A stretch of DNA of 64,000 nucleotides from Octopus sinensis. Taxonomy: Eukaryota. The position numbers and the translations under genes were made by a program. The stretch covers positions 89,528,001 to 89,592,000 of the forward strand of contig NC_042998.1 of assembly GCF_006345805.1 (NCBI RefSeq). Reading direction: 5' to 3'. Positions 23,699-39,223 of the stretch are shown one piece after another (position 1 is the stretch's first letter; every line of letters starts with the position of its first letter). Under the pieces are notes generated by a model, which had not been told where the DNA came from, made no database searches, and was given only the letters and a program-made list of their open reading frames with translations.

Positions 23699-23846
23699 TA
23701 CGACGGGTTTCTTTCAGTTTCCCTCTACCAAATGCACTCACGAGGCTATAGCAGAAGACACTTACCCAAGGTGCCACGCAGTGGGATTGAACCCGGAACA
23801 TGCGGATGGGAAGGAAGCTTCTTACCACACTGTCACTCCTGCGCCT
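23462..23846 (-). mobile_element. Composite tRNA-SINE with internal microsatellite
   Basis: Same head, (TA/TG)n and tail order as 29040-29465. Confidence 0.8.
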
Positions 23847-23852
23847 ATATGA

Positions 23853-23887
<35 letters not shown>

Positions 23888-23915
23888 CATGTATACACAT
23901 ATACATGTACATGCC

Positions 23916-23964
<49 letters not shown>

Positions 23965-24921
23965 TATATATATATTATATATAACATATATATATATGCA
24001 TATATGGATGCAGGACGTCAAAAAACGTACACAAAATGAGAAACGAGAACATAAAAAACAAAAGCATGGAAAACGAACTTTTTTTCCAACAGCGAAGGAA
24101 ACAAATATAGAAATGAGACAGGTAACATAAAGAAGATTCCCTTCATCAGTTGTCACCTGTTTTATCTACTCCGCGTTTCATTCATATATATATATATGTA
24201 TGTGTATACTTTACTGGCATGTACTTTATCTGAAGCGTTCAAATAATCGCCCTGGATGAAATGCTAGACTCTCGGACGCAACTCTGCCAATAACTCTGCC
24301 AGGGTTTGAATATTAGATATATATTTAATTAGGCGTAGCAATGTTTAGGCTGATGAAGAGAAAAGCATTTTGATAGTATTCCTGTTGTTTCGCGACGCAT
24401 CTGTTTCATTAGTTTGTGTTCACTGTATTACAGGTTTTTCGTGCTTATACACAATTACAAAAATACACTCATACTACACACTCGAACACACATACAGAAA
24501 TATATACGTGTAGTTATGTGTGTAGGTATGTTATGATAGTGTATATTTTAAACACACACACATACACACTCACACACACACACACACTCACATACACACA
24601 CACATAAGCCTGTATGAACAGGCTTACATATGTATGCATCTGAAAACATTGAATATGCTTGTGTTTGTATATGTATATGTCTAAGCGTATCTGTGCAGTT
24701 CTGTGACAGTGTGTGTCTGTGTGTGTGTGTGTGTGTATGTGTGTGCGTGCGCGTATGTTGTGTGTGTGTGTGTGTGTATGTGTGTGTGTGTGTGTGGTGC
24801 CTTCAATAAAGTCTCCGTTTTTTTAGGAAATGGTCTTTGGTGGTGGCATAAGTAGAAAACATAATTCTACTCCACCCTTCATATAGACTTTCACTGTCTC
24901 GCACACACAGATACACACGCT

Positions 24922-24958
<37 letters not shown>

Positions 24959-25543
24959 ACTCTCTCTCGCACTATCACCATTTCTCTCTCTCTCTCTTTC
25001 TCCCTCTCTTTTTTCTCTTTGTCTTTCTTTCTTACTCACTCTCATACACATGCACACGTTCTTTCACTGACTCTGTTTATATCACTCCCACTCTCTCCTG
25101 ACCCACCCTTCACTCTCGCTCACTTACTTATTCCTTCTTTCTCTCTCTTTCTCTCTTAACCCACTCCACCAATGACAATGTGCGTGCGTTTGTTTGAATA
25201 ACTTTGTGTAAGTGTGTTTGAGTATGTTCACAAGTAAACATATGTGATTGTAGATGTGTGCGTGCTTATAGTGGGGTTGTGTAGAGGTACGAGTAGACGT
25301 GTGTGTCCTACGTCCTCCACCACCGCTCTATTTGGACTGGTCTACACTATTTCCCACGTGCCAAGACGACAGTAGTAGATTAGAGGCCAGAACGACCGAA
25401 CACAACGGAATTTAACAACAGGGTCTCGAGCTACGAGACAACCACAGGCAGCATGGTACTAAGGTAAGACCCTCGTTGTGAAGATCACAAACCAACCAAC
25501 AATACATTCATCTAGCTTTCTTTTTCCGTCTGTCCTTCTTTTA

Positions 25544-25544
<1 letters not shown>

Positions 25545-25633
<89 letters not shown>

Positions 25634-25654
25634 GTCTGTCTGTCTGTCTTTCTG

Positions 25655-25713
<59 letters not shown>

Positions 25714-25757
25714 GTCTGTATATCTGTCTTTCTGTCTATCTATCTATACATACTATA

Positions 25758-25801
<44 letters not shown>

Positions 25802-25860
25802 AGTCTGTCTGTCTTTCTGTCTATCTGTCTGTCTATCTATCTATGTATATACCTACCTAC
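25545..25860. repeat. (ATCT)n/(GTCT)n microsatellite
   Basis: Direct reading. Confidence 0.95.
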
Positions 25861-25866
25861 CTAAAC

Positions 25867-25929
<63 letters not shown>

Positions 25930-26099
25930 TCTATTTATTTATATGCATAGCCACGAACAAAGGTGTGTGTGTATGTATATATATATACACATAATTATAT
26001 AGTATGTATACATGTACGTATATGTGTGTGTGTACACTCGAGCGTTTGTATCCTTGTTGTTGCATCTATTTGTGTCCGTCTTTTCCTTCTCGCTCTCTC

Positions 26100-26158
<59 letters not shown>

Positions 26159-26168
26159 GTATATCTAC

Positions 26169-26202
<34 letters not shown>

Positions 26203-26759
26203 ATATAATTTGATACATGTATATAAATTGATGTATGTGTAGCTTGTAAACATTCATACATATGCATATGCACGCTCACACATACGTACGTAGACCAAGC
26301 ATATCTGCGTTTAATTCGTGTCGTAACCACAACGTTTCAGGTTCGATCACTTTGCATGACACCTTGGTCATGGAACATTTGCTGCAATCTGGAGTTTACG
26401 AATATTTTGTAAGCGCAATTTGGGAGAAACTGTAGAGAAGTCTGTTATATATGCGAAATTATTTGTGCATATGTTTGTTGTGCTGCGTACTTAGTGTACC
26501 AGAACCTAGCGGTTCTACAAACCGATTCCGATAAAAAGAAAACTATCAGATAGAATCATGAAACTCAGAGTACATAACTTCCTACTTGATTTCCTTCGTA
26601 GAAGTTTTCCTCTACACGATAAACGTAAAACACATGCCTTTATTGCACACACATAGCTATCTGTCAACAAGTGATTTCTGATAGTTCATTTATACCGGGA
26701 AGTTTCTGAATGACTGTTTATTCATTCACTTCTTCTATAGTAGAGCAGTGCTGTGTCTA

Positions 26760-26930
26760 TGTAGAATATTTCGCTTCGTTACCGTACTATCTTAGAATAA
26801 GAGGAATACAACTTGAGGAGAAGAGAGATACTTTGCATAATGTAAATTCTAGGATAAACAATATCCGAAAGAATGACGAGATGGTCATAACTGGAACATT
26901 TACTATCGGAACAAGAGTGTCCAGGGTGAT
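26760..26930 (+). mobile_element. Possible LINE AP-endonuclease fragment
   Basis: LEEKRDTLHNVNSRINNIRKNDEMVITGTF resembles the EEKD.FY..L...IPK.D.IITGDFN motif. Confidence 0.35.
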
Positions 26931-26981
26931 AGCAGCGGAAGTAGTATAAGTACTGAGCAGTAATCTTCATACCCACGTCAA

Positions 26982-27035
<54 letters not shown>

Positions 27036-27811
27036 TATACACGCACATACACATACACACACACTGTGCCTTTGATCATAGATTCGTTCTATCAAAGTTG
27101 AAACATGTTGGTTAAAAAGACAAACAACTAAAAACCGACGTGACTTTTGATTTAAATACTTTAAAACAGTATCTCAGATTTAAAAGGTCCAGAAATTTTT
27201 GGTTATCAGTTTTTAATGAGCGCGCTAACGGGGAAAAATCAATGGTTACAAGTCTTATTGTCCCCCCCCCCCCACCCTTCATAGGAGTATTGTCATCTAT
27301 GTATGAACACGAATAGTTAAGTTACAAAAAACAGACACGGAATAGCAGAAAAATACAAAACATAATGTAATGAGATATATGAATTTATGTATGTGCTCTG
27401 TGCACACACACACACTCATGTATGTATGTATGTATGTATGTATGTATGTATGTATGTATGTATGTATGTATGTATGTAGGTATGTATGTATGTTTGTAGG
27501 TATGTATAATAGTAGTTCTAAATTATGTTTTTTAACCTCACGAAAGCTTGATCCAGCACGCCTATGTTCAAATATATTCCACTTAAAATGTTCGTAGTGT
27601 TGGGCTATAAAAAAAAATTATAATTAACATTTAATTCTCTTTTTAAAACAGCCGGTTACGTGATTTGAGGGAGTTTTGTTGCCCATTTTTAACAATCGAG
27701 TAATTAAGTCGAGGTTCTCTCTGTGATGTTTATGTGTGTGTGTATATACACACACACACATGCATACATACATACATACATACATACATACATACATACA
27801 TACATACACAT

Positions 27812-27919
<108 letters not shown>

Positions 27920-27948
27920 ATGCATGTGTGTGTGTATATACTATATAC

Positions 27949-27996
<48 letters not shown>

Positions 27997-28587
27997 GCAC
28001 ATGTCTATGTATATATGTATATAGGGAGAGCAGGAGGATATATAATAATAAATTAGCTTGGAACTACTTGGTTCTCGGTGTCAAATCCTGGACAATATTT
28101 TCTACTTCGAATTGTGTATTACATTGAATACATTGTGAGTGAAATAGGTAGACGATAACCGGTGTGTGTGAGACTGTGCGTATCTACTTTTGTTTTTATA
28201 TATTTAACAGTGAACCATAATAAAAGCTGAGCAATTCATCAATTCATTTTCTAAGTGTTATAGTCTATGCCATTTAGTATATCTTCATCTGTATTTACTC
28301 AATTACATTTATCTCCACTTCAGCAAATGGAAGGAGAATAACTATGCTTCGCTGATGAGGTTATGATAAAACGGACTATATCTTGGGTTTTCTCCTTTAC
28401 TTGACCAATAAATAAAAAATAATTTAGTAAATAACTAGTATAGATTATTCATTGCGTCTAACTCTTTCTATCTAGCTTTTGGCGACTTATCCAATTAAAT
28501 CAAATATTAACACTAACAATTTATTTTTAATGCGGACGGCGTCTCTGAGTAATACAAATAGTGAATACAATGATTAATTATATATAC

Positions 28588-28637
<50 letters not shown>

Positions 28638-29039
28638 ATATATATATATATATATATCATGCATTATTCAAATTAATAGTTCGCTGTATATATTTTAATC
28701 AAGAAGCTCATCTTGTCTATAAAAGGAAATACAAACATGTACATAGTACCTGCTGATAATAAGCAGCCATCTTGGTGATCTCCTGTATACCGGTAAAATG
28801 ACGTTCTCATTAAAAACGTCAGAATAAACACCTGTGTGCCCTTTTATCCATGCATCTGTTGAAGAGTACACTCTTCACTCATTTCATTTATTTATGCAGC
28901 CATACAAACATTGCTTTAGCAGTATAGCCACATTTTTTTTTTTTTTTTTGGCCATTCATTCATAACGACGAGAGGAGAACACCCATCACGTAGAGGAGAA
29001 CACCCATCTCGAAAAAAAAAATGAAAGCAGTATGTGACT

Positions 29040-29465
29040 ATGTAGTAAGAAGCTTGCTTCTCACCACATGGTTCCGGGTTCTGTCCCACTACGTGGCACC
29101 TTGGGCAAGTGGTTCTACTATAGCCTCGGCCCAACCAAAGCTTTGCGAGTGGATTAGGTAGACAGAAACTGAAAGAAGCCCGTCGTATATATATATTTGT
29201 GTGAGTGTGTGTGCGTGTGTGTGTGTGTGTGCGTGTGTGAGTGTGCGTGTGTCTGTGTGTTTATGTCTGTGTTTGTCCCCCGCCATCGCTTGACAATAGA
29301 TGCTGGTGTTTATGTCCCTGTAAATTAGCGGTTCAGCGAAATAGACCGATAGAATAGGTATTAGGCTTCAAGTCCTTGGGCCGATATGTTCGACTAAGAC
29401 CCTTTACGGCGGTGCTCCAGCATGGCCACATTCATATGACTGAAACAAGTAAAAGAATAAAAGAG
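29040..29465 (+). mobile_element. Composite tRNA-SINE with internal microsatellite
   Basis: Head ggttccgggttctgtcccactacgtggcacc, then (TA)(TG)n, then tail ggcggtgctccagcatggcc..gactgaaacaagtaaaagaataaaag. Confidence 0.85.
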
Positions 29466-29469
29466 TCTG

Positions 29470-29505
<36 letters not shown>

Positions 29506-30451
29506 TAAATAAACGGTTTTTATTTTCATTCTATTAAAGATATTTACATATACGTTGGAGAAAACATCCCGACGTTGCACACTGTGATGTCTTTAACTGT
29601 ACCCTTGTGTCATTAGTTGTACCTAGATTAGTAGTTTGTTCACTGATGTTATAAATATATCTCAATGTTAACTTGAGACTAATATAGTTAATGTGGCGAG
29701 TGCAAAAACTGTATGCGATTGCTTGCCGCCCAACGTAATTTATAGTTTTGTTCTTACCGTTTTACCACTCATACATTCACTGTTTTTGTATATTTTTGCT
29801 CTTGTCTTTTCTTTTCATGTTTTTTGTTTTTGTTTTGTTTTGTTTTTTGGGTTTTTTTTTACTTCGTACGAAATTACTATGATATTTGAAGGTGTTTTTG
29901 GAATATTGTGGGTATTAGTATAGGCGAAAGTCGCAGATATGGTCGAGTGATGAAGAAGCATGCTTTGCAATCATGAGATTCCGGTTTCGATCTTAGGCGA
30001 ATGCCTATAGTATAGTTTCTTATCGGCCCAAGCTTTGTTTATGACTTTGGGTAGATGGAAACTGTGTGGAAGTTCATCTGTTGGATTGTATTTGTAATTC
30101 AAAGTCCAGTATAGTCACATTGTATCACGTTGTTACATGTCTTAGTAATTACGTTAAGGGTACATATGTCTGCGGAATACTCAATCACTTGTAAGTGCAA
30201 TGAGCAGCTGGATTATCAGTTTTTATCTTTTAGTTGTTTCAGTCATTAGACTGCGGACATACTGGAGCACCGCCTTGAGAAATTTTAGTCGAATGAATTG
30301 AATCCAGTACATTTTTTAAAGCCTGGTACTTATTCTATCGGTTTCTTTTCCTGAATCGTTAAGTTGCGGAGTCGTAAACAGTTTAGTACCGGTTGTCAAG
30401 CGGCGGCGGGGGGGGGGGGGGAGGGTCAAACACACACACACACATGCTCAT

Positions 30452-30800
30452 ACTTGTTTCAGTCATTTGACTGCAGCCATCTTGGGGCACCGTCTTAATG
30501 GATGTTAGTCGAACAAGTCGACCCCAGGACTTATTTTGTAAAAGCCAAGTGTTTATTCTATCGATTTCTTTTTCTGAACCGCTATGTTACGAGGGCGTAA
30601 ACACACCAACACGGTTATCAAGCGGTGATGAGGAACAAGCACAAACAGAAACGATGGGCTTCTTTCAGTTTCCGACTTCCAAATCCACTCACAAGGATTT
30701 GGTCAGCCGGAAACCATAGTAAAAAACACTTACCCAAGGTACCACGCAGCGAGACTGAAACCGTAATCATGTATTTGGGAAGCAAACTTCTTATCACACA
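30452..30800 (-). mobile_element. Composite tRNA-SINE copy
   Basis: Homologous to 29040-29465; another tail portion at about 30232-30440. Confidence 0.75.
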
Positions 30801-31007
30801 AAATGAAGTTTTGGTTAAATCCCTTTATGTTCTAAATTTAAATACCACTGAAGTTAATTTTACTTCCCAACAGTTAATTGTTATAGTTTGTTGAATCAAT
30901 TTGATGCGATGAAGCTGTGTAGGCTTTTGTCTAAGCTCAAAATCATCATCATCATAATAATGATAATGATGACGATGATGATTATTATTAGTAGTAGTAG
31001 TAGGAGT

Positions 31008-31054
<47 letters not shown>

Positions 31055-31074
31055 CGACGGCGGTTGTGGTAGTT

Positions 31075-31514
31075 AAGGCGGAAAGCTAGCAGACACATTA
31101 GCATGTCGGCCTAAATGCTTGGCAGCATTTCTTCCGGCTCAACGTTCTGAGTCCAAATTACGCTGAGGTCGACTTTGATCTTTTCACCATTAAAAAAAAT
31201 AATAAAGTATCAGTCAAGTACTGGGGTCAATGTCATCCACTTATCACATTCTTTCAAAATTGCTAGCATAGTGCCAAAATCAGAACCATTATTTATCTAA
31301 GGCGGCGAACTGGCAGACGTTCGCGCGTCAGAGAAAATGCTTAGCGGCTTTTCTTTTGGCTTTTTACGTTCGAAATTCAAATCCTGACGGGCTCAACTTT
31401 GCCTTTCATTTTTGGTGGGTTGATAAAATAAAGTATCAGTTAGGTACTGGAATTGATGTAATCGACTACCCGAATTGCCGACCTTGTGCTAAAATTTTTT
31501 TAAAATTATTATTA

Positions 31515-31546
<32 letters not shown>

Positions 31547-31559
31547 ACTACTGCTGTTG

Positions 31560-31601
<42 letters not shown>

Positions 31602-31958
31602 TTAGAATGAACTGGCTTAGTGACATTTCGTCCGTTTTTACTGAGTTCAAATTCCACCGAGGTCGATTTTGCCTTTCGATGAAATAAGTATCCAAAACGT
31701 CAGGCCCTGTACCTATTGTTGAAAGGACTATTATTATTATTATTATTATTATCAAGGCAGCGAGCTGACAGAAGTGTTAGCACGCCGGGCGAAATGCTTA
31801 GCAGTATTTCGTCTGCCGCTACGTAGTGAGTTCAAGTTCCGCCGAGGTCGACTTTACCTTTAATCCTTTCGGTGTCGATAAATTAAGTACCAGTCAAGTA
31901 CTGGGGTCAACTTTTCCTATTCCCCAAAATTTCAGGCCTTGTGCCTATACTAGAAAGG
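31075..31958 (+). mobile_element. Cluster of four tRNA-SINE copies (ggcggcgagctggcagaa family) separated by trinucleotide microsatellites
   Basis: Copies at about 31075, 31298, 31600 (partial) and 31755. Confidence 0.8.
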
Positions 31959-33952
31959 ATAATTATTATTATTATTATTATTAGTAGTAGTAGTAGTAGT
32001 AGTATTATCATTATTATTATTAAAACGGTAGATCATCGAAGTTTGTGTGTTTGACGTTGCTCGTGCTTCATTCATACTCTCGGTCATTCTTTTAATAGTT
32101 TAAGACACGTAGGTTAAAAAAAACATAAAGATAAGCTTGAAGAGGTATAAGAATCTATCCTAAACGAGAGATGTTAGCTTTTTCAACCAATTATCACTAA
32201 AATAACAAAGGACAGACACTGATCTAAATAACAACGCACAATTTTGAGTGGTAGATTTAACCCACTGCACAGTTTAATATCACCACTTGACCCCTTCCTG
32301 CCTTAGCGCAGTCTACTTTGTTGCAAACATTTGTGTCAGGCCTTCGGTCTGATGAATAATAACTTCCTTTCCTCCCACTAGTGCCGGAGACCTTGACATT
32401 ATGGTCACGGGCGCTCTTTCTCGACCTCCACTTTCTTTTTCTTCTCCTTATTCTCTGATTAAATTAGAAGTAAAGCAAAATATTCAGCTGAGTGACCTCA
32501 ACAAATTTTCACCCATGGTTACGGGAACTGTGAAGTTCACGTTCTTTCTTCCTATGACGAGTACTCTAGTGCAATATGTGAAAGAGTTCTAACCGAGAAA
32601 CGCACCAAAGCCGCAAATTGTGTCAACCCGGAATAAAGCACGTACATTGCGGAGCTCATTAGCTATACATAATTATTAGCTGATGATATTTTTATGTCTA
32701 TGCAGCAGAAATAATTATCTGGTGGACCGATCTCCACCCTTCACCTCTTCATAAATATATTACTTTCTACACACAAGCCAATGGAGTGGGGAGTGGTTTT
32801 TCGGAGTCATCCAACATGCTAGAAGTAACAGTCTTATTCAAAGAAAACTCTATCGTCCAACAAAAAGCAAAACGAAATAGAAAACGTAGTCCAATACCTA
32901 AAAACCTAGACGAGAGAGTCGTAGACGGACTGTCTTTGACCATAGCTCTTTTCGATTAGTGACGGTTTGAGGTAAAATCATAACAATAGCAGCAACAACC
33001 CTCTACTAACCATCACCCTCATCACATTTTATAAAAAAAAAAGTAGGGCACATGTTCCAAAATTGCGTAGACGGGTTGTATAGCCAATTGAATCGAATCC
33101 TAGGGTATTACTGGTATTCATTTTATAATAAGTATAATCTAGAGTAAGGAAAGATAAAGTCAACAACTGTGCGGTTTGAAATTTGAACTTCTCGGGACAT
33201 AACTGAACACAGAATGCATTTTGCCCGATGCTCTACTGATTCCACCATCCAGGGCATTTCTTTTTTGCAAATAAGCATTTAATTTTCATACTTCAAACTG
33301 CGCTGCAGTTAACTCTTTTTTGTTTTTTAATATTCCAGGGGTACGGGAATATAGAATAAGTAGCCGTATGCCTCTGTAATTCGATATAATTGACTTGACA
33401 GCCTCACCTAAACAATCTTTGGATTGTGACTTCTTTGTTTTTAAGGTGACGGTTAAGTTATTACAAATTGTTATTGCTTTTGTTGTGGTTTAAACTCTAG
33501 TCAACTCTGATCGAACGAACTTATGATCATGATCAAAGACAGCTCATTTATGACCAAATCGTCCATTGTCGCATTGCAACAAGCATCTTGGTGTCAAAAT
33601 TAGTTTTGTTGTCGATTAAATAGACCTCATTATCTAACCGGTACTTATTGAGCCTTTTTCCAATCCGGATGAAAAGCACAGGTAGCCCAATCACAATTGG
33701 CGCTCAGACGGTGAAGACATTTCGCGCGATGCGCTTCCGATTCTGCTATTAACTGATTATTTTATGTAAGAATGATAATTTCAAATGTAAACACAAGGTT
33801 AAACATTTTGGTGGCAGAGACGTTAATTGATTATATTTGACAGCTAGTTTACTTATCGACACGGGAAGGGTTAAAGACCAAGTTGATCTTGATGAAATTT
33901 GAATCCAGAATGTAATGTACCGGAACAAATACCTAAAACATTTTCTCTAAAG

Positions 33953-34307
33953 CAGGGGTTCTCATTCATTTTTCATCTATGGACCCCCTTGATTACTATT
34001 TTATTCTGGTGAACCCCCTTAACCATTCGATGTTTAAAATCTAGTTTTATAGATACTTCTTTCAAAATTCCTAGTTTGTTTTTTACACATTAACATGTGT
34101 AGTTTAAAGTATGTAAGATATTAGAAAACCCCTAGCTCTTTCTTGCAATGCATACCATACCAGCATATAAATCTGAAGCAATACTTTTTCAGGAGCCCTT
34201 AAAATACTATTTGGATCTCTAACTTATTATTTTGTTGCGTACCTCCTCCCCCTAAAATTATTATTTGGACCCCTAGGGACCATATGGACCCCGACTCAGA
34301 ATCACTG
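33953..34307. mobile_element. hAT-type MITE
   Basis: Ends caggggttctc / tcagaatcactg; degenerate 8 bp TSD ctctaaag / gtgtaaag. Confidence 0.6.
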
Positions 34308-36357
34308 GTGTAAAGGTTCTGATAATTCTGTCATTATTCTCTAACATAACTTTGGGAGACAGTAAATAATGTTAATTATACCAATCCATCGATTAACAGG
34401 TGCTTCAAAAGTAAAAGGAGAATTTCATTCCAGCAGAATCTGAACTCAGAACATACTACAAGGTATATTTCAGGGGTGGGGATATTCTGGCTGGGCTATC
34501 TGAGCACTGTACGCCTACGAAAGATAGATTTTTACATAATGTTTTTGCGGTGTCACGATACAATGTGATCGTTATTTGCTTTTAGATGTAATAAATACAT
34601 ACTGAGATACAAAAATTAAGTCGGAGTGAGGTCGTGTTATGTAAAGAAATAGCAATAAACCGTGTGGAAAATTTTATTGTCGTTCTCTCTGCAATATTTT
34701 AAACGTAAATTATTCCTATATCACATCTCTTATAATGTTAATAACTATGAGGAAAGAGAAAAACATGAACAGTATAACTACCCGCAATTATCATTTTCTT
34801 GTCATTCATAATAACCTGTTTTTGTGAATAAATAGTCACAAAACAATGTAACATGAAAACTTGGAATAAATATATGATTTATAGTGTTATCATATTATAT
34901 ATGATATAATATAATATACCTGTATGTACAGAAACATTAAGTCTGTATTTTAAGTAATTTATATATATTTATTACACACTTACATACACATTTTATGAAT
35001 GAATACATTCATTAGTTACTGTCATGAGTTCGATTTCTGCCGGTACTTTGTGTCCTTGGGCAAGGCACTTTATTTCACGTTGCTCCAGCGCTCTCAGTTG
35101 TACTTGTATTTCAAAGGGCTAGCCTTGTCACATTCAGTGTCACGTTAAATCTCCCCGAGAACTACGTTAAGAGTACACGTGTCTGTGGAGCTCACAACCA
35201 CTTGCACGTTGCTATTCGGTTGATCGGATCAACTGGAACCCTTGTCATTGTAACCAATGGAGCACCAGTTATTACTGTAATAATTTATTATCTAAATAAT
35301 TGTTTATTTTTGCTGATAACGATTAAACAATAAATAAAAAAATCCAGTCAAATAGAAATGGAAAAAGCAGCGCTTTCTTCACGATAAATCATATTGCCAT
35401 TCCCAAATGATCGTGTCGCTGATTAAAGATCATTTGCTTTAGTTGCGTGCTTGTGTGTGTGTAGTCGAAATGTGTACAAGCCCAAAACGTCTTTCGGTTT
35501 AATATCACCCCTCACCCCCGATTGTATTTATCAGAGTCCACTGTGTTGTAAGCATTCTGACCAAGTTACCAATATGAGTATGATCCGATATCCTCATGTA
35601 TTGCTTCCTATTGCGTCTTTCTTTGCATGATACTATTGTTTTTATAGGGAATATATTGGTGAAAGTGTGTGCTGGCCATACCTTAGATTGTCTTAACATA
35701 GCTGTAGGGTAAAGAAGTTCGCTTTACAATCACGTGGCTAGAGGTTAGATACCTCATCGCATCACTTTAAGTAACTGTTCTTTACCATAGCTCTAGGTTG
35801 AGCAATCCAATGACTTATGATTGGAATTTGGTAGCCATATACTAAGTCCAATCTGTCATACCCACACACACACACATGCATAACGTATGTGTGTATGACT
35901 GCATACCCTTCGCCAATGTGAATCGGGGAAGGGTATAAACGTTGGGGTGACAGAAAACAAATCTTTTCATCGGGTTAGATACTCATCACATTTGGTACCA
36001 GAATTACAAAGAACCGATGATTGGCCAGCTGGGAACCTCTAACCAACAGTGCTGTTATTGACAAATTACAATGGAAGATAAAATATAGAATAAATAAATA
36101 AATACATATGACAGCGGCTTGACCTCGTACTTAAAGCTTCAGAAAGTTGCTTCTTTGTGGGTAAGGTCACCTGCAGCTGGTCAAAGTAATTGACAGCAGC
36201 AGGCATTGAGTCGTGGTTTATTTTCTCTTTTAATCTATCAACACCAGAAGCCTTACGTGTCAAAGATGCACCTCCATCTTCTTTGATTAATCCGTATATA
36301 AAAAAAGCGTTCTTATTAATCTAATGGACTTATTTTTCTTCTTCTTTCTTTCACCAG

Positions 36358-36437
36358 GAAATACTGTTTAGTCGTTACGATATGGCTGATCGGAGTACTT
36401 AGCCGGTATGATGTCAGAAGCCAAGAAGGAGTAGAAG
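36358..36437 (+). CDS. Candidate 80 nt exon (KYCLVVTIWLIGVLSRYDVRSQEGVE), signal-peptide-like
   Basis: Strong polypyrimidine acceptor tttttcttcttctttctttcaccag; donor AAG/gtatat; one open frame. Confidence 0.35.
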
Positions 36438-36521
36438 GTATATTAACATTTTTTATGTATATCATTTTATCCGAACTAGACAAGGCTTAATTCGGTACTG
36501 ACTTCGTGAGAAGGGATGTGA

Positions 36522-36647
<126 letters not shown>

Positions 36648-36735
36648 TTCAAATTTACAGAAAAACAAAAGTCGATGACAGGGGTATAAACAACAAGCAG
36701 GTGTAATAGTTTGGCGCTCGGGAAGGTGAAAAAGT

Positions 36736-36770
36736 CTTTTACGTTTCGAGCCTACGCTTTCAACAGAAAG
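36736..36770 (-). ncRNA. Degenerate minimal hammerhead (family G-like)
   Basis: CUUU-CUGUUGA-a AGC guag GCU c-GAAA-CG-UA-AAAG; core A6U. Confidence 0.5.
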
Positions 36771-38652
36771 GAACACGAGAAATAAACAGAGAATAAAAAA
36801 CTTGTGGATTTAGCAGTCAATCATGGTGACTGCTTGAAATGAGTGTGTGTGTAATATATATGTCAAATAATATATTACTGGTTATTGCACATAACTGGTC
36901 AAGTGCTACTGTCGCGTTCTCGAGGACTATAGTTGATACACAATATTGACAAGTCTCCAAGCATACTAGCCGGAAGCGTATTATCTCTTTGATGCAGGGG
37001 GTACTTGGATTAAGAAAATCATTTCGGAGGTGATTGAAGAACCAATCAAAAACTGAAACAAGAAAGAAATGAATTCTGCGAACACCATCAAAATATTTAA
37101 CACTCAGTTTCGTTCCACCTTTTTGCTACCACTGAATCCACTTGGTGTCTATGTACTTCCAGCGCTAAAGTAGTTATGCGATTCCTACCAGCATATCTGA
37201 TGAGTCATCAATATTGTGCTTTCGAAATTAGGGAGAGAAACAAATCGGTATTAAGAAATTCAAATTCTGACAAAAAATTTCCTTTTTATTTCGTAATCTC
37301 TGTACTCTGAAGCGTGGATTTCAAAAAAAGAAATCAAAATTTCACGAAAATTATAATGATAGCAAATATCAATGGAGCTAGTGCGCTTGAAGACTTACAA
37401 GCCTGAAGAATTACAAGTTTGAAAAACTGGTGAGTGAAGCACAAACTCTTCGTTGATGAAATAATAGGAATTTGACAAAATCTTTTAGGGAAAAACTTAC
37501 AAAATGGTGCCTATTCAACACAGAAATTGCCGAATAGTGTTAATGTTTCCACTTTCATTTTTATATCTTGAAATGAAAGAATACCAGATAATCATCTGCC
37601 ATTATTCTTTTCCTGATGAAGGCTTAAGAAGACTAGAAATAATGCAGATCGATACCACTTTTTCTGTTTACGATGAGATAAACCTGTCTTGCATTTCACA
37701 TTGAGATGAAAAGGGTATAGTTATTAAAAAGTATATTTCACATTACATTACATAAACCTCATCCAAAAATATTTATAATGGGCATTACTAAATTATTTTT
37801 TATTTATATAAGCGTATGTGAAAGAGAATAATGGAAAGACAGATAGCATATTTGTAGTTGTATGTATTTAAATTTGATTGGTAGACTTCATTCCATGTTT
37901 ATGTCAGATTAAACAAATTACCATGAAATGCCGTGTATAATCGACGAACCATTATAAGTAAAAATAATTTCATGTATCCTATTAAAAGGTAACTGAGTTT
38001 TCACTCATACCAATGGTTGACTCCAGATTTATAGAGGTAAAACAGACTCGTTAGTGAAGCGTAGTGGAATTTTGTAAATCTATCATTTTATAGTAAACTT
38101 TAGAATAAAATTGGAATGTCTTTTTATTATACCATCCAGAACTTGTACAATGCTGAATTTCAATGTACAGTCAATAGAATTCACGTAATCTGCATGTGAA
38201 TAAATCACTTTGTTCGTGATCCAAATACAAATTATTTTCGTTATAACATTATACACACAGCACATTCACATACCCACCCACCCCTACAAACATATATATA
38301 AAATAAATTATAAGTTAGTCAAAAAGGGTAGTGGAGTGCGGAAGTGCCTTTACCCATGGAAACTTCCAAGATGGATTAGGTCTTTGCACAGATATAGTCC
38401 TGTACCTTCCCACTGTATACATGTGCAACACACACACACACACACACAAAACCATCAAAGTCGCAATAAATTTCTGATAATTTCCCAAGCTAATCAACTA
38501 ACACGCTGCCAAAACTTAATCGCAAATATTAGGCTTCTTTTAAAGTCAAGAAATACCTCCAACTTAATCCATTGTAGAAGCTTAAAAAAGGTCAACAGAA
38601 ATCCACACTGGAGTACTTCTTACTTCTAACATCTATTTCTGTATCCTAAAAG

Positions 38653-38788
38653 ACGAAACCTGCAGAAAGGAAATATAAGCGGAGCAAGAATTCTCAGATT
38701 GTTGCACTCTGGGAAGGAATACCTTGTATGATGTACAAGAAGTGAAATCCAATGGAGTTGACCGGCAGTGTTAGAACGAACATATCAG
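38653..38788 (+). other. Candidate exon
   Basis: Donor CAG/gtgagc; acceptor cctaaaag; only ATG 38752 gives a short frame MELTGSVRTNIS open to the donor. Confidence 0.25.
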
Positions 38789-39179
38789 GTGAGCTACGAT
38801 GGAAAGTGAATGCTAAAAGTTAACTCAGAAGATTGGAGACCTATATAGATTTGTCAGAAACGGACAGAACAGAATAAACAGCATGTTTTTTTACTGTCTT
38901 TGTTAGTGACTATCAAGCAAATAATATTTCGGATATACTAAAGGACGTTACAAATGAATAGAACTCCAATGTGGATTTTATTATAACTTTTTATGCGTTT
39001 CCTGGTCTCAAAGTAGAAGTTTAATTTTTATGAAGTAGTTTAGGTAAACAAACGCAAGAAATCAATACAGATTTATAGCCACTTTGTATTTTTATATGCT
39101 GTACATGTGTAAAATTGATGCGGTAAGGGACAATTGCATTGATATATACAGAGAAAAAAACATCAGGTCTCCTTTACAG

Positions 39180-39223
39180 GTTGTTCTGTTGGTGAAATCG
39201 ATGAAGAATTAGCATCAGAAGAC
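39180..39223 (+). CDS. Candidate 44 nt exon (G)CSVGEIDEELASED
   Basis: Acceptor tctcctttacag; donor GAC/gtatgt; phase compatible with either upstream candidate. Confidence 0.25.

Noticed and set aside
24115-24180. CUGAUGA inside a hairpin on the - strand
   Set aside because: No correctly placed GAAA or stem III in either type I or type II topology.
37610-37645. cctgatgaaggcttaagaagactagaaat
   Set aside because: Weak stem II, no stem III/NUH and no stem I.
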